From assembly GCF_009914755.1 (NCBI RefSeq), contig NC_060935.1: a DNA stretch of 64,000 nucleotides; one strand, 5' to 3'. This DNA is from the human T2T-CHM13v2.0 reference genome, Homo sapiens. Within the stretch, counting starts at the first letter, position 1, and each line of letters begins with the position of its first letter. Positions 53,371 to 64,000 of the stretch are shown one piece after another. The notes under the pieces are model-generated. The model saw nothing but the letters and a program-made list of their open reading frames with translations, was not told the DNA's origin and did no database searches. Position numbers and translations under genes: made by a program.

Positions 53371-56062
53371 TGCTAACTCTAACCTTGTTAAGCCAAATAT
53401 TATAGGTGATTCCTAATTTTAACCAAAATTTCCTAAGAATTAAACTCTTCTTTGCCTTCCCTATCCCATATAAACTAACTTTATGGTTTTCTAAGGAAGA
53501 AAAGAAAAAAAAGAGAAAATTTTCAACTTTAGTTACAATTTTATCCTCATCTTCCTACTTCTCTATTACTGGGAAGGAGAGAAGAAAAGGAGAAAGAAAA
53601 TGAAAGAAGAGGATCAAAAGTCTTCTCCAATGACACATTTGGTATTTGGGATCCACCGGAAAGTGTCCAGGCAGATTTAAGCAGATTTAGATGACGTGTA
53701 GCAGATGAACAATTCATAAGCAGATGAGTTTCATCTTTTTGTTTGTTTTTGTTATTGTGTGTTTCTTTTTTAGCCTTATGCTGTTGAGTATAACTCTGTC
53801 ATATGAATTTCCTTTAATTCAGTCACCAAAGTTTCTGTTCAGACTCAGAGTCCTCTCTTCTCTGTCAATAGGCCTTTATCAACCATCTTTTTACTGTCTT
53901 CTGAATCTCCTGTATGACCTTGCATTATAATCCTTTCTCCAGTTAATGTCTAAGCCCTCATTTAATGAATTGAAAATTGCACTGAAGCCCCAGACTCTGA
54001 ATATGAAAATATTTAAGGATATTTAGTCAATATCTTGCTTGCATTTTCCTTTTTATGTATAAACAAGTGTGTTATAGTAATAAAACTTCTATCTAATATG
54101 GATTAAAGGAACTCTTTTAATAAGTACAAAATAAGAAATTTGTTAAGGATAAAGTTTAGTTGACATTTTTTTCCTTAGATGTACATTAAGGATATAATGT
54201 CTTATAGTCAGAGATGTCTCAGAATAGATGACTTATTGTATTCCCATATTCCCATTTTTTTTTCTGAAGAAACTAGTGCTTAGTGACCTGGCATAATTTT
54301 TAATGAATGGCAAAGCTGAGATCTGAGTACAAATAGAGAATACTTAATATAAGCAAACTGTAAACATCCAATTGTTGATTGTAAATGTAATAAAATTAAA
54401 ACAATCAAGAATGAAGTTAATTGCCACATCAGACAAATTATTTGAGACACCTAAGATTTGCTCCTGGGGAAGAGATTCTCTAATTCTGTTGTTCTCCAAC
54501 AAGAGGAAAGCAACAGAAAAAGAAATACCCTGGGCTAGAGGACCTTGCCCTACCCTCTAATCTTTGACATTAAACTCAATTTAGGGCTTCTGAAAAACAT
54601 TATGGAAATAACTCCAAATATTGTTTTTCTGCCATATGTTCCCTGGGTCTGCCTCATTCTTCCCTTTCTGATCAGAAATGTGAAGTACACATACTATTAC
54701 AAGTGAACCATCTATGGCATTAAATTAGATTGGATTTAAAAATACCAAATGTTATATTTTAAGAAGTTTTCAATTCAAACTATTTTCTAAGCATGCTATA
54801 CATTTTCATTGTGCCTTCAAATTTGCTTCCCCCTCTGCCAAAGTCACCCTTCTCTGATTCTATCCCTGCATTTAAAGCCTCAGCTCAAAAGATTGTTTCT
54901 CTTTCTAGAAGTTTTCTTTGCCATACCCTCTACTCACCTTGTTATGGTTACTTCCTCTTCTCTGTGTTTATATACTACTGTAATGGCCAGGAAAGAGCTT
55001 ATATTTAATCATTTCTCCTCCCATGCTAACCAGTGAGCTCTTCTGTGTAACCCTATGTGCCCATTCATATTGTAATTCTTGATATGTCATTACTGAATTT
55101 TAAATGAAAAGAAAAATACTGGAAGGTAATTGGATTTATAAATTTACCCTGCGTCATTTTGCATAGTTCAGCAAGTCATATAATACAAAACTCAATGTGA
55201 GTTTTGAAACAAATTGGCTGAAATAAAACCTTCATGAAGCACTAAGGAAGAGAAATGGTTTTATCATTCTCAACAAAATATAAATGCAAGGACTTAGCAG
55301 GAAGATGAGGGTGTGGTTTTATCCAGCTAAGCAATTTCTGTAGAAAATAAATTTCACTTAAAAAAATTAGGCCAAGAGTGCAATACAATCACCTTAGTAA
55401 CTTACCTTAGTAAAGGTTCCTGAGGGTCTATGATGCACTTTAGATTTTTACTGTAACTTGATTAAAAAATATATTAAAAAACTGAGTGATAAAAGTATTT
55501 ATCTCCCTTATTCACAATATATGTCTATCAGAAAGAATGAGATATTTCCTTCAGGAGAAAAGTAATGGAAGTAATCATTTGCATTACCACAGCCATTAAA
55601 TGGGTTTCTGGTGTTGGACTCCATATTTTCTGTTGTTGTTTGTAAATAGTACATAAAAGATAGTGAGATGTTACACAAAAAAATTAGAAGTAAAGAAAAT
55701 AGAGTTGACCTCTACAGATATGACTAGTTTAAATCTCAGACAATGGGATGAGATGTAAGAAGTTTGTTAAACTCACTGAAAAAAATTATCTAGATTATAA
55801 AATTAAAAGAAACATGGTACCAAAAGAAGAAAGTAACTAAATTAGAAAATTAAATTTAGACTATTCCACATCCCCGAATTTGCTCTAATCCTTTACTCAC
55901 CAAGAATGTATCTTCTTGCTATTTTGCCTTCCAAAAAGCTTATATAAAGTCTATGTTTGTGAGTGTGTAGGTAGAGGGGATTCTAGTCAACCTTTTTTGA
56001 TACAAGGATGAGAATCATTAGAGCTTTCGAAAATTCATTAAGTTAAAGTCCAGCTTTTGAAA

Positions 56063-56360
56063 GACCGCAATCCTAAGCAAATTAATGCAGGAACAGAAAA
56101 CCAAATGCTACACGTTCTCATCTATAAGCAGGAGCTAAATATTGAGCACACACAAACATAAAGATGGGAACAAGAGGCACTGGGGACTACTAAAGGAGAG
56201 GGGAAGAGAAGTGTGGATTGAAAAACTGCCCTTTGGGTACTATGCTCGCTGCCTGAATGAAAGGATCCATGCCCCAAACCTCAGCACCACACAATATACC
56301 CATGGAACACACCTGCAAATGTACCCCCTGCATCTAAAATAAAAGTTGAAATTAAAAAGA
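56063..56360 (+). mobile_element. Short 5'-truncated L1 (L1PA16/L1PB-like) 3' end
   Basis: caggaacagaaaaccaaatg...gtaccccctgcatctaaaataaaagttgaaatt. Confidence 0.9.
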
Positions 56361-57041
56361 ATTAATTCATTATTGTTTTCTTAAAGCCCAGCCTTGAGGA
56401 CTCCTTCAGTTGACCTTTTCTTAGAGGAAACACCAATTTTACCTCACTACTACTGTATCTGCTTTACCATCATTAGTTTTTCCTTTGATTTTTATCTTAA
56501 CAATTTATATGACCATATCCCCTATGTTAATTTCTTTTCCTTTCAAGGCATAAAAGTAAGAAACTCTCTACCTACAGCAGTTACACTTATGTCATCCTCC
56601 TAGAATCCAAGGCATGGGTGTGATATTACAAATCAGTCATACAGTTCCACCTAAATTTTCAGCCATATATGATATCTTTAATTTGCAAAGTGAGGCTTGG
56701 CTACCTTGCAGGACAAATTATTTATCTTTTGGGGTAGTCCATTCCACCAACAGCTCTAATTGTAAAAATATGTATTTCCCTAGAGCTTCCAACAACTATA
56801 ACCAGATCATGACTTAGGCCGTAGGGAATGTTAGACCTTCTTGTGCAAATCTACTTTCCCAGGCTGTACTTATATCCCCGTTTTTTTCAATTTTTTCCTT
56901 AAACAGTTTTGACACACATAGCCAGTTTCCTTTCAATAACTTCTGTTTTATCTATTTAGTTCTTAGAGAGTAGTTTTCTCTAATGATTGTATCATCTTAA
57001 GGATATTCTGACAACTGCTATAGAGTAGACTGGTACTTATT

Positions 57042-57395
57042 TGTCATGGAGCAACTGTGTCTTCCCAAAATTCATATGTTAGAATCCTAACCATCAAAGT
57101 AATGGTATTAGAAGAGGAGGCCTTTGGAAGGTGATTAGTTTATAAAGGTGGAGAACTCATCAATGGGATCATTGAAACACAATAAGAAACACAAGATATA
57201 TGATTTCTTTTTCAGTCATGTGAAGATACAATGGGAAGACAGCTGTGTGCAAACCAGGAAGAATTCTCTCACAGATGCAAGATTTGCTGGCACCTTGACT
57301 TGGACTTCCCAGCCTCCAGAACCATGTGAAACAAATGTTGTTTAAGCCACCCAATCTATGGTATTCTGTTATAGCAGCCAGAACTTATTAAGACA
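57042..57395 (+). mobile_element. MLT1A/B-like solo LTR
   Basis: tgtcatgg...ggcaccttgacttggacttcccagcctccagaac...taagaca; TSD ttatt/ctatt. Confidence 0.88.
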
Positions 57396-58159
57396 CTATT
57401 TTACATAGCATTCTCAATTATGATGCCATTTGCTATTTCAAAGATGGGTGGGTGTGGCATATCACCATTGAGACATATTTCATAAACTGCCAGCTGAAAC
57501 TCAGTGTTTTCACTTCCTAATGTGAAACATTTGAGTCCTGTCTCCTGCATCCTACAGTTATGCATCACTTAGATTGAATGAGGAATCCTGTCTTTCATCA
57601 TTCACTTTACTTGACCCAACTGATGAGAGAAATCATATTTCTGACTACTCCAGTGAAAATTACCCATATTGTTAATTTTTGTTGTTGTTGTTAAATTATC
57701 TATGGGCTCAAGAGGCCATGAAATATAATCCACTGAGATAATCGTAATTAAGAAGTGTTTTATGCAATTTGAGTTGTTTTCACTGTGGCCTCTGTGCAAG
57801 AATATTATAAAACCCAATTTAGAATTGTTTTTCTGAAACAAATTAGTTGAGCAGCGACTACCTTTCAGTATCTGCTTCACAAGGGAGTGGCTGAACTCCT
57901 GCAAAACTTTCATTATGTTCTTGCTTTCTTACTAGGAGTTTAATTCTCTCCATAGGTAAATTCAGTTTAGAATTTATTTTTCAGGGTTGTCTGCAATTTA
58001 TTTTGCATTATTTGATCTTGTAATATAATCATGGAGTATTATGGTTGCATAAGCATACAAATTCAAGAATAAGATGCATGCACTTCTCAGTAAGGTTTTT
58101 CCTCTCTGCACTGTGCTTGGTGAAAGTGTTGTGTATGTAGATTAAAGAGAGGTGACAGC

Positions 58160-58435
58160 ATGACAGATCCTGAAGGTAAACTGACTGGGATTTCAAATTC
58201 TAGTTGCATCACTTATTGATTTTTTAAACTTGAGGAATTTACTAACATTTATCTGCTTTGGTTTAACTACTTTCTAAATGGATTAGAAAATTCCCTGTGC
58301 CTCAATTTCTTCACCCATAATGCACAATATAGGTTAATCTTTAAATTGTGAGTTAGTGATTGGTTTGTTGGGAAAAATAAATGAATTTTTAAAATAGTTA
58401 AAATTGCTTGTCACATGGTAAGAACATGCATTATT
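58160..58435 (+). mobile_element. MIR remnant(s)
   Basis: ctgggatttcaaattctag; ctgtgcctcaatttcttcacc. Confidence 0.6.
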
Positions 58436-58865
58436 CTCTATTTTATCTCTGTTGTAATTTTAGTATCTATGCCAAACCTATATCTGCAAAGTTATTTGAT
58501 TTGCGTGTGTGTATGTACAGACACACTAAAAGAAAGGCATTAGGTTGTTGAATAGAAGCAAGGATGTCACTAATGTTAATAAACAAAATTTTACAATGTA
58601 TTTGGGGATTGAAACACACACACACAAACACGCACACACATCATTACATATAGAAATACACAGCTTTGAGAAAATATTTTTCTATAATTTATGGGGAAGA
58701 AGTCATCTAATTCTATGACCCAGTCCAAAATATTTTTGATGTTTACCTTCAAAACAGTGAGATATACAGGTGTCTTAATTTTTTTGAAGCAAGATAATTT
58801 TTCTATAATATAATCATACTGGAAAGGTTGTATGGGCTTTTTTATTAATAAACTGAGCCTTAACA

Positions 58866-59415
58866 GTATCAATGCAAAAATTGCACTAGGCAAAGTTAAA
58901 CAGGAAATGAACACTTTATTTAAGGGTATAGCAATGGGAGATAGGGACAACACACAGTCTGAACTCAACTCCACTGAAACAAAGAGCAGAAGGGTTTCTG
59001 AGAGCTGGGCAGGGAGAACTGTAGGCCCACTGCATTGTTTGCTAATTGGCCTCACCAAAAGGAAGATTAAACTTTCTTGTATCTTCATTGCAGGTGATAG
59101 TTGTACATCATGGATGAAGTCACCCACCAAACATAGGCTCCTACCATCCTTCAGAGAGTGGGAGATAGGGGTACTGTCATCCCTAGTTATTATGTTTCAA
59201 AAGAATGACTTCCTTGAGAAAGATAGTCCTTAATTGTAAAACTGGAAAAAGGCTTTTAGAAACATTACATTTTACAGGGAAGAGAAATAATGTACAATCG
59301 CAGGTTTTATAAAGCAAATGCTCTAAGAAAAAAGGAAGTCAGGGGCATACAGTCATGAAAAAGGTTGTCCAAAGTTTAGTCAAGCTGAGGGAAATGCTAA
59401 GAATATCTTTTGTTT
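58866..59415 (-). mobile_element. ERV1 MER4-group LTR (MER67/MER31-like by recall)
   Basis: caaagttaaacagg...ctttatt (antisense polyA signal)...aaagtttagtcaagctgaggg. Confidence 0.65.
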
Positions 59416-60855
59416 ATAATTTATAAATCTGACTATTTTAAAATTTAAACAAAACAATACAAAACCAGGATCATTTTGGACAGATAACCTCCCTTTACCT
59501 CAGCACGCTTATCTCTGAAATGGAGATTTTAATATTTGATTCATTTGATTTGTCGTGAGGTTTTAATTAAACTGTATAGGCAAACACTTCACAGGCTGGA
59601 AGATTATTTTTCAATCATTACAAGAGCTGTTAGTTTTATCACTGGCATTATTTTTCCTCCATAGTACAATTTAATTCCTCTATACAATGTCAATCTACCA
59701 CTCTGAAAAGCTGACTCAATAAGTATTTTAAAGGAAAATGAAAAAAATATTAACCAGGTGTTCTGGCAATAAGCAATACCACTATTATCACCATACTAGT
59801 TAATTACTGAAACAGTGGAGGCTGTGTTCTGAAAAAAAAAAATTTACTGGCTTCAATAAAATTAAAATCTGATTTGAACAAGGAAATAAAAATCTGACAT
59901 CATAAATATCCTTTTCACATTTATATACAGGTATGTGTTCCCATTCAAATGAAATCTGTTTTAATAAATAATTATTATTTTTGTCCTTATTACTATATTT
60001 TTGACACTGGGAGATATTGAATACCAAATCTTAAAATTGTTAAGGGAAATGAGGATTTTCTATATCACCATCTGCTGTTTGCAACGTTTGTAGTTCCAAT
60101 GTTAATAGTCTAATTTGTTAAACGACAACAAAAAATCCATGTAAATGTGCTGTTAAATTAATGGTCCCAGTCTTAGGAGGTAACTAGATGAGTAAAATAT
60201 GTTCTCTTTTTGAAAAATAGTGCTGGCTCTTTGCTGTAAATTACCTCTTTTAAGAAGCCAGATGGTGAGTGGAAAAAGTAATTTAATTTAAAAAGCATAA
60301 AGTGTATTTAAACATAGGATTGAAATGAATATTTTATGTATATATATTTATACGATTGAACATGTTCCAGAGATTTTACACTACTTCTAGCTGAAAATTA
60401 TACAGAATGGATCAATAAAGAAATATAATAAGGATCATCCTGATTATATAGATCATCCTGCTAGAAGTATATCATTTAGCCCAGAGTATATTAAGATCTA
60501 TATGGACAAGTAATAAAATCTTACTATTCTCAACTGGAAATCTTCTTTCTTTGAACATATTTTATGTGCTCATTTTACAGACCCTCCTAGAGATATTATT
60601 TCTCAGTATGTCAAATATAACCCACACATTTTTATGTTAAATGGTCATTGGTGACTACTCATATTTTTTCTGGGATTCAGTGCTTATGACATGTCAACCG
60701 TTAGTCTATTTCGGTGAAAATTTTCCAAGAATTTTTCAATTATCTACTAAGCTTTAAAGATTATTTTAATAAGACAACTATTTTCTGTACACTTGATTCT
60801 TTTCAGAATTGTATATTAGGTTATTTAGGAGGAACATAAAACATATACTCACTAT

Positions 60856-61297
60856 TGTAGGTAAAATAATGACCTCCCAATGTTGTCCTAATGGCTAATA
60901 TATGTGAATAAGCAACTATATATGAAAAAAAGATAGATATGTTGTAGATGTGATTAATACCTTGAGATAAAAAAAATCTTTACTAATTTGGATGAGTCCA
61001 AATTGGACTCATCCAAATTATTAAAGATCAGAGTCACAGAAAGAAATGTGATATGTGATATGAGCAGAGGTCAGATAATGCATGGCCATGGGCCAAAGAA
61101 TAAAAAAGGTAGCATCTGAAAGCTGGAAAAGATAAGGAATCTCATATCCATTTAAAGCCTACAAAAGGGACAGTCCTACTGACACCTTGGTTTTAACCGA
61201 ATGATACATCTGATCTATAGAACTTAAGATAATATATTTGTGTTGTTTTAAATCAGTTTATTGGTAACTTACTATAGCAACAATAGGGAAATAGTAT
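60856..61297 (+). mobile_element. MLT1 (C/D-like) LTR
   Basis: tgtaggtaaaataatgacctccc...aagctggaaaag...ctgacaccttgg...actatagcaacaataggg. Confidence 0.78.
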
Positions 61298-62020
61298 AAA
61301 CTGCATCCCCCAAATTGTGTGGGCTAGTCATGTAGACAGAAATTACAATCTGAGAAACGTATGAAACAAATTCTATGATATTCAATGGGGAAAAGGTTGT
61401 GATAAAAAGTCATCAAGGTCTTTTGAAATATACTGCTTGAATGAAATAGATTTTAAGTTAGAATGTGAAAAATTAAAATTAAAAATGTTTAAACTGAATA
61501 TCTCTTCATATTAGCAAATTTCACCAAAACTTGCTACCTATTATGCCATTGCATTGCTGCCTCTTACGCCGTTACATCTCCCAACTAGCCTGCTGGAGTC
61601 CCAAATTGTATCTTACAAGTGCTTATCAACATCCTTATTATAAATTTGTTGTCAGAAGCTCTCTTCCGTGCCTTCTGTCCAAAAAGCCACTTGAATTCTG
61701 CGTGATACTCACAACTTGCACAACAGCCCTAATGCCATTGCTAAGGGTTCTGGTCCCTAGTACTACCCAATCAAAACATAAAACAAAAAGCTACTATGAC
61801 TGCCACCACCAACAACAGGGATTGATAGCAAAAGTCAAGTTGTATTCCACTGAGATCCTGCAGTGCCAGGGCCACATAACCACCATTCTTTTCTAACTCC
61901 TGCACTTTGTCACTTGCCAAAAACTGAGTGAAAATATCTCATTCAGCTTTTGGCTTCCATCCTATCTGTATAGTTGGAGTTCATGGAGCAGAAAGAAAAG
62001 GAACTATCTAACATAAATCA

Positions 62021-62224
62021 CGGGTTAAAGTGATTCTCCTGCCTCAGCCTCCCAAGTAGCTGGGAGGCATGCGCCACCACGTCCAGCTAATTTTTGTATT
62101 TTTAGTAGAGATGGGGTTTCGCCATGTTTGCCAGGCTGGTCTTGAACTCCTAACCTCAGGTGAGCCACACGCCTCCGCCTCCCAAAGTGCTAGGATTACA
62201 TGCTTGTACCACTGTGCCTGGCCT
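62021..62224 (-). mobile_element. AluS lacking its 3' part and tail
   Basis: Intact 5' end (...gtgcctggcc at 62224); stops mid right arm. Confidence 0.92.
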
Positions 62225-62399
62225 TAAACTCGTATTTTTTATATAAATTAAATCCCTAGTTTCCCAATTTTAATTATAATAAATTTACCTGCAGAAAATC
62301 AACATTTTAAGAAGAAAAAAGAAGCTGAATATAGTACCAAATATTATGTATATATAATGTTTTAAGATCACAGGAAGCTTTCAACACAATCAGAGTTTG

Positions 62400-64000
62400 T
62401 GGATGGAAGATCCCTGAGAAAAGGCAACTGCAGTAATGGAAAATGGCATTTTGAAAGCTTGGGGATTTGGCCAAGTATTAGAAAAGGGAGAGATGCTGGC
62501 AGGATTTCAGGGAGAAAATTTCAGCTAGGAAGCAGAGAAGCTAGCATAGCTTTTGGCCATCTTACAGCCTGGATAAAGAATAAGAAGAGTTTGGGGCTAC
62601 CAAGATAGCCAGGATTTCCAAGATTGCCAGAGAAAGAAAGTATAAATAAGTCAGCTCAGGACTGCAGCTTCTTCCATTTGAGAAACTTGCTGAAGTCTTA
62701 AGCTGCACCAGAGACCAAGACACAGGTAAAAGGCTGGTAAAAGACAGAGTAGACTTTAGAAGTGGATTTTAGTATTGTAAAAGTGAAATTGAAGGCCCAC
62801 CAAGAATGAGAGTTTCTAGCAGATACAGCAGGTCCGCAATTGGAGAGTGCAAACAGGAGGTAGTTATTGACTCTATAATGACTGTCACCAACTACAAATT
62901 CTACAACTTGTTCTTTTTTTTTTTCTTATTGGATTATGTGACCTGACCTCACTCTTGACCCACTTCAGACCTCCACAATTTTTATAAATGATATCTTCTT
63001 TCCCATTATAAATTTCTAAATGCAACAAAAACAAACTAAATTAAGAAAAAAGACAAACGAAACACATACACAGATGAGCTAGTTACTACAGTTTTAAGAA
63101 ATAAACATTCAAACATCTATAGTTAAATAGGTTAAGAAAATATAAAGTACAGTTGAGAAATTTCCCTCAAAGAAGAGATTTTTTAAAAATAACTGAAGAC
63201 ATAAAATTGAAAAAAATGTGACAGCTGAAATTAAAGATTTAACAAAGATAAGTTTAAAAGCAAACTAGAGACAACAAAGCAGAGGAGCAGTGAGCTACGA
63301 AGTAAGTCATAAGAACACAGCCAGGTTAAAATATATATTGGGCAAAAAAGACAGAAAAAAATCAAAAAGGAACAGTGATCTTACAGACAAAGGGCTCCGT
63401 CAAGTGTAATTACAGTGTCTAAAAAGAAGAATAAAGAAAATGAGGTAGGAGCATTATGTGAAGAGGTATATGACAATAATTTTCCAAAACATATGAAATA
63501 CTTCAAGCCAGGTATTCATAAATCAACAATATAGTCAAGCAGTGTGAATTCAAAGAAATCAATATTCAGATCCATTATAATAAACACGCTGAAAATAAAA
63601 ACCCAAAGAGAAAATTTTCAAGGCAGTTAAAAACATATTGCCTTAAATGTAGCAAAATAAGATGGGTAAGTGATTGATAAAAACATGATACAGCCTGGGT
63701 GACAGAGGGAGACTCTGTCCCAGAAAAAAAAAAAAAAAAGAAGAGAAACAGAAAGTATTGTTCAAATGATGAATAAACTTTAACTGTAAAACTTTATAAT
63801 CATCAAAAATAATCTTGAAAAGTGAATATGATACCGATGTCTTATTTAGTTTTCAATACAAAAAATAAAAAGAATAGATTAATAGTTGTGGGGTGAAAGG
63901 ATAGAGACGTAATATGATAAAGCAAATACAGTAAAATGTTCATGACCATATCTAAGTAATGGCTACCTTTGATATCACTGTCAAAATCTGTTAACCTTTG
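62400..64000 (+). mobile_element. Very old L1M 5' region and ORF1 remnant
   Basis: A-rich ORF1-like sequence at ~63150-63830 (gctgaaattaaag, aaactagagaca, aattttccaaaac, cattataataaa); left boundary uncertain. Confidence 0.55.
63691..63740 (+). mobile_element. Severely 5'-truncated Alu (3' ~30 nt plus tail)
   Basis: cagcctgggtgacagagggagactctgtc followed by an A-run. Confidence 0.88.

Noticed and set aside
58591-59233. 179-aa and 133-aa opposing ORFs
   Set aside because: They overlap an ERV1 LTR and a CA tract; no domain recognised
61531-61896. 121-aa ORF in unassigned sequence
   Set aside because: Non-ATG start, no motif and no splice support; compatible with chance

Overview
Primate, almost certainly human, AT-rich genomic DNA; an AluYa5-type insertion at 18800-19092 supports human origin. 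I recognise no protein-coding gene, RNA gene or CpG island. It reads as gene desert or deep intron, dominated by decayed retroelements: old LINE-1 copies, Alus of J, S and Y age, MaLR elements (THE1, MST, MLT1), ERVL and ERV1 solo LTRs, and MIR/L2 remnants. Nearly all track ORFs are TE remnants or chance ORFs. I found no convincing novel biological system. The best leads are: (1) an MLT2A LTR nested in a THE1 LTR, with clustered DUX4-type motifs, an OTX-type GGATTA and an intact splice donor, plus a candidate downstream exon; (2) two back-to-back 5'-inverted (twin-primed) L1s; (3) a scrambled L1 5'UTR with snap-back junctions, and other fold-back scars; (4) a young AluYa5; (5) a speculative BED-finger-like fossil. 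Repeat subfamily names come from recalled consensus sequences and need RepeatMasker/Dfam confirmation. Boundaries without a stated TSD are approximate.
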